A DNA stretch of 64,000 nt from Smithella sp. (GCA_052139735.1 JBKQWB010000014.1:6466-70465), one strand, 5' to 3'. Positions 37,701 through 46,432 are shown, counted from the first letter of the stretch. The notes: generated from the letters alone by a model not told the origin. Numbers and translations are program-made.

Positions 37701-38151
37701 TGAAATAAGGACGGCAAATAAGGAACGCAAACTCAATTTCAAGATCACAAAGATAAAGCCCGGATATGGAGATCTGATTCTCATAAGACAGGTGCTGTTT
37801 AATCTTTTTTCCAATGCCGTTAAATTTACAAAAAATCAAAAACAAAGCATCATCGAAATGAGCAGTTATATTGAATCAGGCAAAACGGTCTATTGTATTA
37901 AAGATAACGGGGCCGGATTCGATATGGCTCATTACGACAAGCTCTTTGGTGTGTTTCAACGGCTGCATAGTAACGAAGAATACGAGGGAACGGGCATAGG
38001 ACTGGCGATAGTCCAGCGGATCATCAACAGACATGGCGGGCGGGTGTGGGCCAATAGCGAAGTGGAAAAAGGAGCGACGTTCTGCTTCACGCTAAACAGC
38101 GTTCAGATTGACGCTGCGCCCCAACGCCGCCAAAAAAGAAAAAACAGTTAA
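34735..38151 (+). CDS. Hybrid sensor histidine kinase: REC - coiled coil - GAF - PAS - GAF - PAS - PAS - HisKA - HATPase
   Basis: 1138 aa, GTG start. Receiver context LILSDYDLP. Two ESEER(Y/F) PAS linkers. H-box SYSISHDLRAPLRAI. G-boxes KDNGAGFD and GTGIGLAIV. Confidence 0.85.
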   Translation: MAESLRIIILEDNPADAELVQLELQEAGLVFTAKVVMTRNDFLHELQTFSPDLILSDYDLPRYSGILALAEARKKCPDTPFILVTGAVGEDRAIEILTQGAKDYVLKSRLQQRLAPAVRRALAEAEEQRARKKAEEELHKAHRTLESQIEARTAELQKQIEHRNRMEAALLKYNERLEILSYTASKLLESDKPQQLVEELCRKVMKFLDCDVFFNFIVDDSARRLHLNACAGIPPETEREIEWLDYGVAVCGCVAQGGYRIIAENIPATPDVRTELVKSFGIRAYACHPLMQQNKVIGTLSFGTRARINFSNDDLAMMKAVADQVAIAIARVRMEESLRESEERYRELVQSSPEAVIVHRDKQFLYANPAALRLYGAESLEELQRNTSLDLIPEDDRGEIATRIKKGNAGERLSLKETRLIRLDGKVIPVESVGGAVTYNGKSAVQIIIRDVTERKNREKGQENFNRTLRAINRSNQAMMRAADEYGYMKEVCKIVVDDCGYSMVWIGLAQDDEGKTVTPVAYSGFDEGYIGTLKITWADTERGHGPTGTAIRTGKPTKCKNMLTDPKFEPWRKEAIKRGYASSIVLPMVAGSKSFGALTIYSKEPDPFSEDEVKLLAELANDLSYGITAIRWREALRESEERFHAIATQTPDHIFMQDRDLCYQLVINPQLGLTEADMMGKTDYDILEFRDADKLTAIKRKVLETGDSVSLESSLRNSRGEPEYFEGAYVPKRGPAGQTEGIIGYFRNITEHKRFEESIIRAKEEWERTFDTIPDLITILDKEHRVVRVNQAMAKRLRLAPDQCIGARCYEVVHGLSCPPEFCPHVHTCRDGGEHMAEIHETILGGDFLVSTTPLYDSKGQLIGSVHVARDITGRKAAEYQLAKQAAQLQERKAQLEEINSELESFSYSISHDLRAPLRAIDGFSRIILRQQGDKFDEKTRHQFNMIRDNINLMGVLIENLLSFSRVQKASMSISVIDMDKLSREVWNEIRTANKERKLNFKITKIKPGYGDLILIRQVLFNLFSNAVKFTKNQKQSIIEMSSYIESGKTVYCIKDNGAGFDMAHYDKLFGVFQRLHSNEEYEGTGIGLAIVQRIINRHGGRVWANSEVEKGATFCFTLNSVQIDAAPQRRQKRKNS

Positions 38152-38155
38152 ATTA

Positions 38156-39238
38156 TCATATTTTGCCCATGGTGGCTTGAAGCTCAAGTACCCGAGTGGC
38201 TTGTTCGAAGCTTTCAGGATCCCAGTGCGGGCGGTCATCTTTGTCGATGAGCCGGGCACGTACGCCTTCGCGGAAATCGTGTTGGGTCATGAGAAAGCGG
38301 GCAACCGACAGGTCGGATTCGTAGACCTCGGCCAAGTCTTTATGTTCATCGCTGCGCAAGCATTTTAAAGTGGTCGCCACCGCCAGGGGCGAACGCTCCG
38401 AAAGCCTGGCGAAGACTCCCTCGCACAAGTCGTTTTGATCGCTACAAGCCTTTAAGTCCTTAAGCAGGTCAAGCACCGAGGTTTTATCGGCAAAATATGT
38501 CTCAATCCAGCGGTCCATGTCTTTCTTGGCGGGAATATCCGGTTGCATGAAAGGGCTAAGGATTTCTGTCAGCGCTGCGGCTGCGGCCTTGCGGTCGGAC
38601 GGCAATTCGGGAGAATGTTCGATTAAGGCATCAAACGCCTTATCAAAGTGCGTGGAAGGAATCAGACAATCGGCCAGACCGATGCGTACACATTCTGATC
38701 CTTGCAGCTCATATCCGGTAAGCCCCAAAAATTCAGGATAACCTCGGCCACATTTTCGGAACAACCAACTGGTAGAACCGACATCCGGGAAAAAACCGAT
38801 CCTGGTTTCCGGCATGGCCATGCGGGTGGTATCGTTCCCCACTACGATATCCGCGCCGGCGGATAGACCGAGGCCGCCGCCCATGGTGACACCATGGGCA
38901 AAGATCACAACCGGTTTATGGAAACGATGAATGGACAGATCAAGGTCGTTCTCGACTTTTAAAAAAAGCATTGCTGATTCGATACCGCTTTCTGTAACAG
39001 CCTGTGCCATAATTTTTATGTCTCCGCCCGCGCAAAAACCTTTTGCACCGCTTCCGCTGAAGATGACTAGCTTTACGGCTTTGTCAGAACCAGCCTTAGC
39101 AATTTCGTCGGCAATAACCAGCAACATCTCGAATGTCAGACTGTTAATCGCTTCGGGGCGATTTAGAATAAGATGAAGAGCTGCTTTTGTGCGCCGTATT
39201 AGCACCGCCGGTTGCTTTGCCCCATTGCTGGTTTGCAT
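38156..39238 (-). CDS. Enoyl-CoA hydratase/isomerase family protein, 3-hydroxyisobutyryl-CoA hydrolase-like (ECH_2)
   Basis: 360 aa. GFCAGGDIK, GVTMGGGLGLS, PETRIGFFPDVG and a long C-terminal helical domain. Confidence 0.75.
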   Translation of the reverse strand: MQTSNGAKQPAVLIRRTKAALHLILNRPEAINSLTFEMLLVIADEIAKAGSDKAVKLVIFSGSGAKGFCAGGDIKIMAQAVTESGIESAMLFLKVENDLDLSIHRFHKPVVIFAHGVTMGGGLGLSAGADIVVGNDTTRMAMPETRIGFFPDVGSTSWLFRKCGRGYPEFLGLTGYELQGSECVRIGLADCLIPSTHFDKAFDALIEHSPELPSDRKAAAAALTEILSPFMQPDIPAKKDMDRWIETYFADKTSVLDLLKDLKACSDQNDLCEGVFARLSERSPLAVATTLKCLRSDEHKDLAEVYESDLSVARFLMTQHDFREGVRARLIDKDDRPHWDPESFEQATRVLELQATMGKI

Positions 39239-39342
39239 TTACATTTCTCCCCGCTGCTTTGATATTAGAGATTAATACTACTAATGGGAAAATCATATCC
39301 AGTCATAAAATAGTCTGCAATATACTACCTTTTACGATCTTA

Positions 39343-40200
39343 TTAGTCAATTTTTGATGGTATGGAAAGAAGAAATGAGCGAAGATTGGTCTTTTTATTT
39401 TTGATACCGAGTTTCATCCTAATATTTTTTCTGTGAAAATCCACGGCAGTTGCCGATATATTTAAGAAGTCTGTAATCTCTTTTGTCGTTCTGCCTTCTT
39501 TAACCAATGATGTAATTTGAATTTCTCGAGGCGTGAAATCTAAATGTTCTATTGTTAGATTGCGTAAAAAAGGCGAAACTATATCTTTAAGATGATCTTC
39601 TATTATTTTTACATAAGTCAATTGACTTTCATTTAATTTAAGTGTCTTTAGTTTTTCTATATAGGGTAGAGCAAGTTTTCTCACATTGGTTATAACCTTT
39701 TCTTCCATTGCCTTCCTGTCTTCTTCCCTGTGCTGCAACAATACTTTTAAGGCGGTATTAGCCTCTTCCAGACTTTTTGATTTTAGCCGCAATTCATTCT
39801 CCGCTTTTTTACGGTCATTACGTTCGGCTAATTCATTAAGAGCACGCTTGACTGAAGGAACAAGCCGGGAGAGTTTATTTTTTAATACATAATCTGTCGC
39901 TCCTTTCTTCAGCAATTCTATAGCCAATTCCTCGCCCAATGCTCCGGAAACAAAGATAAAGGGTGTTTCAGTGTATTTATCCGCTACTATTTTCAGCGCT
40001 GCACGACCATCAAAGCCAGGAAGGGAATAGTCGGCAAGAATCAAATCGGGTGAAAAATTTTCCAGTTCTTTGATAAACGTAGACCTATTGGTCACTCGCT
40101 TCGAAACATAATTAAATCCGGCCTGCTTTAGTTCATCTTCCACTAATTCAGCATCAGCTGCCATGTCTTCAAGAATTAAAACATGTAATTTATCACTCAT
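39343..40200 (-). CDS. Response regulator, REC + coiled coil + LuxR/FixJ-type HTH
   Basis: LHVLILEDMAADAELV, LILADYSLPGFDG, and C-terminal KEITDFLNISATAVDFHRKNIRMKLG. ATG 40200 is preferred over the ORF-track TTG 40215. Confidence 0.85.
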   Translation of the reverse strand: MSDKLHVLILEDMAADAELVEDELKQAGFNYVSKRVTNRSTFIKELENFSPDLILADYSLPGFDGRAALKIVADKYTETPFIFVSGALGEELAIELLKKGATDYVLKNKLSRLVPSVKRALNELAERNDRKKAENELRLKSKSLEEANTALKVLLQHREEDRKAMEEKVITNVRKLALPYIEKLKTLKLNESQLTYVKIIEDHLKDIVSPFLRNLTIEHLDFTPREIQITSLVKEGRTTKEITDFLNISATAVDFHRKNIRMKLGIKNKKTNLRSFLLSIPSKID

Positions 40201-40336
40201 TGACAAATACCTCAATCAAGCAGTCCATAATTATTATTAACTATTCACTGATCTGTGGCATTAATCCCAATTCAGTCTTTGATAATATCTCTTATCGAGG
40301 CGAGACATTCACCATGTATCTGGTTTTTTACCAGAT

Positions 40337-40354
40337 ATAGTAGGATAAATCTAT
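40337..40354. promoter_or_regulatory. ATAGTAGG-ATAAA-TCTAT site about 125-140 nt upstream of the LuxR-type regulator gene
   Basis: AGTAGGATAAATCTAT compared with AGTAGGATAAACCTAC at 32900 gives 14/16 identity. The adjacent hairpin ATCTGGT-TTTT-ACCAGAT lies at 40318-40335. Confidence 0.35.
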
Positions 40355-40397
40355 CATTTTTTAATAATTAAAAATGATAAGATAATACTGAAGGGTT

Positions 40398-40439
40398 AAA
40401 AAAAGTAAAGCTCACCATATTTGAAATTTGATGAGCTTT
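40398..40439 (-). terminator. Putative terminator after the ferritin gene
   Basis: AAAGCTCA (40407-40414) pairs with TGAGCTTT (40432-40439). On the minus strand it is followed by a T7 run (plus-strand A7 at 40398-40404). The 17-nt loop weakens the call. Confidence 0.4.
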
Positions 40440-40467
40440 AAATGTTTCTGATAACTCATTTACTACA

Positions 40468-41004
40468 TCAGGCAACAACATTGTAGGCCGTCGGATCAAG
40501 CGGTGATCCCGCAGTAAAGATACGAGTGGCTAGTTCCCGATCCAGCATCAGAATGCCTTCTTTGGAGTTTTCAACCATTGCCAGTTCGCGCGAAACTTTT
40601 TCCGTATTTTTTTCTTCTTCAATCTGCTCATTTAGAAACCAGGAAAGCAGCGGCTCGGAGGTATAATCGTTTTCTTTACGAGATATTTTGGTTATATTTT
40701 TAATTTTCTCTGTAATAAATTTTTCATGCTCATAGGCATCCTGCCATGCCTCCAGAGGTTTCTTCCATGCTGTTTTAATCTGCTTCAAATTCAGAAGCGT
40801 CACCACGCCGCCCCTATCGAGGATGTGATCATAAAATTTCATGGCGTGGATCATTTCTTCATGCGCCTGACAACGCATCCAGTGTGCCATGCCGTCAAGA
40901 TTCTGCGCGTGGAAATAGGCGGTCATCGATAAATAAATGTAGAACGATTCTAATTCATGCTTGATCTGTTCATTCATCGCGTTTCTTATTTTTTCTCCAA
41001 TCAT
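40468..41004 (-). CDS. ftn: Bacterial non-haem ferritin
   Basis: LNEQIKHELESFYIYLSMTAYF...GMAHWMRCQAHEEMIHAMKFYDHI (ferroxidase-site Glu/His pattern). ATG 41004 has SD AAGGAAGGTGG. Confidence 0.85.
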   Translation of the reverse strand: MIGEKIRNAMNEQIKHELESFYIYLSMTAYFHAQNLDGMAHWMRCQAHEEMIHAMKFYDHILDRGGVVTLLNLKQIKTAWKKPLEAWQDAYEHEKFITEKIKNITKISRKENDYTSEPLLSWFLNEQIEEEKNTEKVSRELAMVENSKEGILMLDRELATRIFTAGSPLDPTAYNVVA

Positions 41005-41041
41005 CTCTCCCACCTTCCTTTTTTAATTTTAATCAAAGTAT

Positions 41042-41215
41042 TTATGATATTCCTTGTTCATTTTCTTCACTATATTTCGCAGGCGCTTGCAAAAGACCGG
41101 CAATGCGCATTTTGTATTCGATAGCAAGTAAATCTTCTTTGAGAAAATGGCCGATAAATTTATCTATTCGAGATTTCATATGCTGCCATTCCTGATCCAT
41201 TGTATTCGGATTCAT
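41042..41215 (-). CDS. Small hypothetical protein (57 aa), below the ORF-track size cut-off
   Basis: MNPNTMDQEWQHMKSRIDKFIGHFLKEDLLAIEYKMRIAGLLQAPAKYSEENEQGIS. A strong SD, TAAAGGAGG, lies 5-6 nt before the ATG. It sits between wrbA and ftn on the same strand. Confidence 0.4.
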   Translation of the reverse strand: MNPNTMDQEWQHMKSRIDKFIGHFLKEDLLAIEYKMRIAGLLQAPAKYSEENEQGIS

Positions 41216-41249
41216 AAATATCCTCCTTTAATTGATTATAATATTTATC

Positions 41250-41861
41250 TTAATGTGCCAGTTTTGCGGCAATTTGAGCAACATGTTTACCCTGGTATCT
41301 TGCCGCCTGCAATTCGTTTTCGCTGGGCATTCGTTCACCTTCACTGCCAGAAATTGTTGACGCGCCATAAGGAGATGAACCAGTGATTTCGTCAATGCGC
41401 ATTTGCCCTTCAAAAGCATAGGGAAGACCTACGATGATCATTCCTTGATGAAGTAATGTAATATGGAAGCTAAGGATTGTTGATTCCTGACCACCATGCT
41501 GTGTCGCCGAGCTGGTAAATACGCTTCCCACTTTACCTACAAGAAGTCCTTTGGCCCAAATTCCTCCGGTAGAATCGAGAAATTGCCGCATCTGACCACA
41601 CATATTGCCGAAACGCGTCGGTGTGCCAAATATAATTGCATCAGCAGAAATCAGATCATCCGCAGTACAAATATTAATTTTAGCAGTTTTCTTTTGAAAG
41701 TCTAATGCCCCCATTTTCTTCAAAACGTCATCGGGCAAAGTTTCCGGCACACGATATATTTTCACTTCGGCACCCTTGACCTGTGTTACACCATCAGCTG
41801 CGGCTTCAGCCATTTTATATATATGACCATACATTGAGTAATAAACGATTAGGACCTTCAT
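41250..41861 (-). CDS. wrbA: NAD(P)H:quinone oxidoreductase, WrbA type (flavodoxin-like)
   Basis: [32 protein letters not shown] and [12 protein letters not shown]. Confidence 0.9.
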   Translation of the reverse strand: MKVLIVYYSMYGHIYKMAEAAADGVTQVKGAEVKIYRVPETLPDDVLKKMGALDFQKKTAKINICTADDLISADAIIFGTPTRFGNMCGQMRQFLDSTGGIWAKGLLVGKVGSVFTSSATQHGGQESTILSFHITLLHQGMIIVGLPYAFEGQMRIDEITGSSPYGASTISGSEGERMPSENELQAARYQGKHVAQIAAKLAH

Positions 41862-41976
41862 GTTTCTGTTCTCCTTTCCTTTTATGATTTTTCATTTTGA
41901 ATCAGATGACGATTGTTTTTAATGTCATTCTTCCTAACGGATTTAATTTTTTTATTTCAAATTAATGCAAGGGCTC

Positions 41977-42030
41977 AATGAAAACAATACTGATTAATTG
42001 TAAGGGGAATAGTAGGTAATGCCTACTATT
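41977..42030 (+). repeat. 54-bp perfect direct repeat, copy 2
   Basis: Identical to 34522-34575, with the palindrome at 42008-42030. Weaker similarity extends to about 41941-42066. It lies about 115-170 nt upstream of wrbA (minus strand) and downstream of etfA. Confidence 0.95.
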
Positions 42031-42222
42031 CATCGGAAAGATAAAATTTTACAAATGGGATTAAAAGAAAAAAAGTTTTATTATTCCCGCCGGATTATAT
42101 TCATAACAGTCATCTTGGATATTGATATGATGGAATCTGCACATACATGCGCCGGACCACATAAAAAAATTCCCAACGAATTTATGTCTATAAAAATAAA
42201 GAAATTTGCTTCGCGCCACATG

Positions 42223-43422
42223 CTAATGGTTCAGCTTCTTTTTAAATTGTTCCGTCAAGGCCGGAACAATCTGGAACAAATCACCAACAATGCCATAATT
42301 GGCAATATTGAAAATAGGCGCGTCAGGATTCTTGTTTATGGCAACAATCACTTTGGATGTCTTCATACCCGCCAGATGCTGTATTTGTCCGGAAATTCCG
42401 CAGGCGATATACAGGTCGGGGCGCACTGTGCGGCCGGTCTGTCCTACCTGATGGGCATAAGATATCCATCCGGCATCCACAGCACCGCGCGATGATCCCA
42501 CTGCCCCGCCTAATATCTCAGCCAGTTTGCGGATCGTCTCGAAACCGGCCGGACCACCCATACCGCGTCCGCCTGCCACGATTATGCGGGCATCAGCTAA
42601 ATTAATCTCATCTTTTTCCAGGATAGAATTTACTACATGCGCCGTAATTTGCTCTGCCCTCATCGCGGCTTTAATTGAAATGACTTGTCCCTGACGCTTA
42701 TCATCTGCAATGGGCATTTCAAATACATGATAGCGCACGGTGGCCATCTGCGGACGATGATTGGCACAAATGATGGTAGCCATGATGTTGCCGCCAAAGG
42801 CCGGACGAGTCTGCAGCAATAAACCATTCTCCGGATCAATATCAAGACCGGTGCAATCAGCGGTGAGACCTGTGTAGAGAACAGAAGCTACTGAACCGGC
42901 GAGATCGCGGCCACGTGAACTTGCGCCCAACAGGAATATCTCCGGTTTATACTCGCGGATCAGACTAATCAGTGTGCTAGCATAGGGCGCTGTACTGTAA
43001 GCAGCAAGACTGGGATCGTCCACCCAAAAAACACGATCTGCTCCAAAAGAAATTGCTTCTTTTGTAATGTGTTCCACATTGTGTCCCAACACACACGCGG
43101 TGAGCGCGACTTTGCGCGTATCGGCCAGCTTTCGGCCCTGGCCGAGCATCTCTATAGAAATGTTGCCGGTCCGGCCATGGAACTGTTCCATCCAGATCCA
43201 TACACCTTTGTATGCAGCAAGATTCTCCGAAGATTTCCGTGGACGCGCATCCGGCAGATTGAGCGCGTGCACCGGACACGCAAGTAAGCAGGCTCCGCAG
43301 GCCGTGCATTTATCGTTAACCACTGCCATATCATCCACCAGACTAAGCGCTCCCAGCGGGCAGGCTTCGACACAGCCGCCGCAGCCGATGCACTTGTCTT
43401 TATCTACTTCCAGCAGGGGCAT
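42223..43422 (-). CDS. etfA: Electron transfer flavoprotein alpha subunit with N-terminal 2x[4Fe-4S] ferredoxin domain
   Basis: CIGCGGCVEACP and CTACGACLLACP, followed by the ETF-alpha core ending PDLYIACGISGQIQHLAGM. Confidence 0.9.
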   Translation of the reverse strand: MPLLEVDKDKCIGCGGCVEACPLGALSLVDDMAVVNDKCTACGACLLACPVHALNLPDARPRKSSENLAAYKGVWIWMEQFHGRTGNISIEMLGQGRKLADTRKVALTACVLGHNVEHITKEAISFGADRVFWVDDPSLAAYSTAPYASTLISLIREYKPEIFLLGASSRGRDLAGSVASVLYTGLTADCTGLDIDPENGLLLQTRPAFGGNIMATIICANHRPQMATVRYHVFEMPIADDKRQGQVISIKAAMRAEQITAHVVNSILEKDEINLADARIIVAGGRGMGGPAGFETIRKLAEILGGAVGSSRGAVDAGWISYAHQVGQTGRTVRPDLYIACGISGQIQHLAGMKTSKVIVAINKNPDAPIFNIANYGIVGDLFQIVPALTEQFKKKLNH

Positions 43423-43431
43423 TGTTTCTCC

Positions 43432-44232
43432 TTAAAGGATTTTTTCCGCGATAATTTTATCGGCCAGTATAGCCGCAGACTGCTCAATACTATCGGCCTT
43501 AATCAAGTCCAATGCGCCTTCACGTTTGGGTGGACTGGAAATCTTTATCACCTGTGTCGGACTTCCCTTCAGGCCTAATTTGGAGAGGTCTGCTTCAGGC
43601 AAATCGGTAGCAGTCCATACGGGTATCCGTAGTTTAGCAGCACGGCGAAGGTGATAAAGTGTAGCTCCCCGCGGATGGTTGATATCCTTCACTACAGTGA
43701 GTAGAACGGGTAATTTGGCTTCCACGATTTCCCGACCTTCTTCCAGAAGGCGTTCCACCGTAATCGTACCGGACTCCGGTTCCAGCTTAATAATCTTGAA
43801 AACATAAATGAGCTGAGTAACACCGAGTTGGCTGGCAATGCCCGGACCTACCTGTCCGGTATCACCGTCAATGGCCTGCTTGCCGCACAGAATGATATTA
43901 AAGTCACCTATTTTTTTTATTGCCAGAGCTAGAGCATATGCTGTCGCCCACGAGTCCGAACCGGCAAAAGCGCGGTCGGAAAGCGAAATAGCTTCATCCG
44001 CCCCCATTCCGACGGCTTCCCTGAGCGCATTCATTGCTTGCGGAGGGCCAAGCGAAATAACGATAACTTTGCCCCCGAATTTTTCCTTAATACGAAGACC
44101 TTCTTCAATAGCGTACATGTCAAAGGGATTGATAATGCTGGATACACCTTCACGGATTAATGTATGGGTCTCAGGATTAATTTTAACATCCGTTACACCC
44201 GGCACTTGTTTAATACAGACAATTATATTCAC
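43432..44232 (-). CDS. etfB: Electron transfer flavoprotein beta subunit
   Basis: MNIIVCIKQVPGVTDVKINPET... and ILCGKQAIDGDTGQVG. Confidence 0.9.
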   Translation of the reverse strand: MNIIVCIKQVPGVTDVKINPETHTLIREGVSSIINPFDMYAIEEGLRIKEKFGGKVIVISLGPPQAMNALREAVGMGADEAISLSDRAFAGSDSWATAYALALAIKKIGDFNIILCGKQAIDGDTGQVGPGIASQLGVTQLIYVFKIIKLEPESGTITVERLLEEGREIVEAKLPVLLTVVKDINHPRGATLYHLRRAAKLRIPVWTATDLPEADLSKLGLKGSPTQVIKISSPPKREGALDLIKADSIEQSAAILADKIIAEKIL

Positions 44233-44342
44233 CGAAAGACCTCATTGTATTTATTAATATTTGGGCAATATAATAGAACCATCCCTTCCGGTTCACTCAT
44301 GATATAGTAACAAATCAATAGATGTTCTTCTCACGCATCAAT

Positions 44343-46325
44343 TCAGCCCAAGGCCTGCCTCGCCTCATCCTTCGATTGAAAGATGTGCGGGGCCAGCCCA
44401 CGGCTTTTCAGTTCGTCTCCAAGTTTCATTCGCAAGAATGCACTCGTCGTGTAGCGTGTCACATCCGTATAGAACTCGGACACCACGTATTTAACCATGC
44501 TAATATAGTCGTCTTCAAGTTCCGGAATAATGGAAAAGTTGTCATAATTGACGATAGTTTTGACCCGCTTACCGATGGGCCGACAGATTTCTTCTACCCG
44601 ATGTCTGATTTCTTCAATATCCTCTTTCTTTCGGATGGCCAACCCTTCAAAGTTATTAAAGAGGACGTTAGTTTCCGGATCGTATTTCATACGTTCAGGG
44701 ATGGGAATATAGAAGAGGTCTTCTTTGATTCCCATAACGGGCAGTTTGAAGATCCGTTCGTCCATCAGGCGCAGTTTTTTGATGATGGGCCGAAAGTCCA
44801 TTAAGGCTAAAACATCTTTGTCCAGATCAATGCCGGGAGCGATTTCGATCAGTTCCACCCCCTCAGGGGTCAGTGTGAAGACACAGCGTTCCGTCACATA
44901 AAAAACGTGCATCCGATTTTCCTGCGCAGTTTTTCCACTGAAGGTTACCTGCTCCACATCGTGGATGCATTTTTTCAATCCACCCTCCTTAACGATGCAA
45001 AGTTTGCCGTTCTCCACGGCCACCTCTGTATCGCCGGCCGTAAAGGTTCCCGCAAAAATAATTTTCTTAGAGTTCTGGGTAATATCGATAAATCCGCCGC
45101 ATCCCGCTATCCGTGGCCCGAAGCGGCTTACATTAACATTGCCGTGCCGATCCATCTGGGCCATACCAAGACAGGCCAGATCAAGACCTCCGCCGTCGTA
45201 AAAATCGAACTGGTAGGGCATATCGATTAGGCAGTCCATGTTTGTTGCCGCACCAAAATTCAATCCCCCTGCCGGAATGCCACCGATTGAGCCTGCTTCA
45301 GTCGTCAGGGTCAGGTATTCGAAGATCCCTTCCTCATTGGCAACACTGGCCACACCCTCGGGCATGCCGATACCCAAGTTGATAACCATGTTAGGCTGGA
45401 GTTCAAAGGCCGCGCGTCGGGCGATTATCTTGCGCCCATCCATCTTAAGGGATTCGATGCTGTCGACGGGGACTCTGAACTCGCAACTGAAGGCCGGATT
45501 ATATGACGTTACATATGTCTGCTGATGGTTTTCCGGCCGGGCTACCACGACGCAATCAACCAGAATGCCCGGAATCTTGACTTGCCGGCTATGCAGGGCG
45601 TTGCGATCGGCGATTCGCTCTACCTGGACGATAACGATTCCACCGGAATTTTTGGCAGCCATGGCAATGGAAAGGACATCAAGCGTCACCGTCTCCTTCT
45701 CCATGCTGATATTACCGTCCATATCAGCCGTCGTTCCTCGCAGTAAAGCGACCTGGATCGGAATGGTCTTGTAGGCTAGACATTCTTTTCCGTCAAAATG
45801 TATAATTTCCACTAGATCTTCGGTGGTGACGGTATTAATCTTTCCCCCGCCGTTCCTTGGATCCACAAACGTTCCCAGACCGACCCGTGAAATCGTCCGG
45901 GGATTATTTGCCGCTATATCACGGAACAAATGGGTCAAAACACCCTGGGGCAGGTTGTATGCTTCGATCTTGTCGGCGAGGGCCAACTTCTGCAACTTCG
46001 GCGTCAGACCCCAATGGCCCGCGATGACCCTCTTCAAGAGCCCATGATGAGCCAGGCGATTGGTACCCTTCTCCTTTCCATCGCCGATCCCGGAAGCGTA
46101 AATCAGCGTCAGATCATGGGGTTCGCCAGTTTCCAGAAACCGTTTTTCCAAACCAATGATCAGCTCCTCCGGGATACATCCTCCAACAAAACCGTCCAAA
46201 GCCAGCGTATCACCAGATCGTACCACCTGCATGGCCTCAGCCAGCGAGACAATCTTTCCCCGCTTCATCCTCTTCTTGATATCTTCAATGACGGGGCTGA
46301 CAATGGCATGGCTGTTCATATGCAA
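44343..46325 (-). CDS. Family I acyl-CoA:acetate/3-ketoacid CoA-transferase (propionate CoA-transferase-like, fused subunits) with ~130-aa C-terminal extension
   Basis: SGDTLALDGFVG, AYNLPQGVL and the catalytic-Glu context LTTEAGSIGGIPAGG. At 660 aa it is longer than the ~520-540 aa enzymes I remember. Confidence 0.75.
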   Translation of the reverse strand: MHMNSHAIVSPVIEDIKKRMKRGKIVSLAEAMQVVRSGDTLALDGFVGGCIPEELIIGLEKRFLETGEPHDLTLIYASGIGDGKEKGTNRLAHHGLLKRVIAGHWGLTPKLQKLALADKIEAYNLPQGVLTHLFRDIAANNPRTISRVGLGTFVDPRNGGGKINTVTTEDLVEIIHFDGKECLAYKTIPIQVALLRGTTADMDGNISMEKETVTLDVLSIAMAAKNSGGIVIVQVERIADRNALHSRQVKIPGILVDCVVVARPENHQQTYVTSYNPAFSCEFRVPVDSIESLKMDGRKIIARRAAFELQPNMVINLGIGMPEGVASVANEEGIFEYLTLTTEAGSIGGIPAGGLNFGAATNMDCLIDMPYQFDFYDGGGLDLACLGMAQMDRHGNVNVSRFGPRIAGCGGFIDITQNSKKIIFAGTFTAGDTEVAVENGKLCIVKEGGLKKCIHDVEQVTFSGKTAQENRMHVFYVTERCVFTLTPEGVELIEIAPGIDLDKDVLALMDFRPIIKKLRLMDERIFKLPVMGIKEDLFYIPIPERMKYDPETNVLFNNFEGLAIRKKEDIEEIRHRVEEICRPIGKRVKTIVNYDNFSIIPELEDDYISMVKYVVSEFYTDVTRYTTSAFLRMKLGDELKSRGLAPHIFQSKDEARQALG

Positions 46326-46432
46326 AACTCCTTTTTGGAGGGATATTTTTTGCCTTTATACTACATAGTAAATATTTCGTCGCAGAAGAGCATTCTGCTA
46401 AGGAGAATATAAATTAGCCTGGATAAATGGAA

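Noticed and set aside
42019-42495. A 158-aa plus-strand ORF starting inside copy 2 of the 54-bp repeat.
   Set aside because: From 42223 onward it is antisense to etfA. The homologous stretch after copy 1 differs by a 1-nt indel, so the reading frame is not conserved between the two copies.
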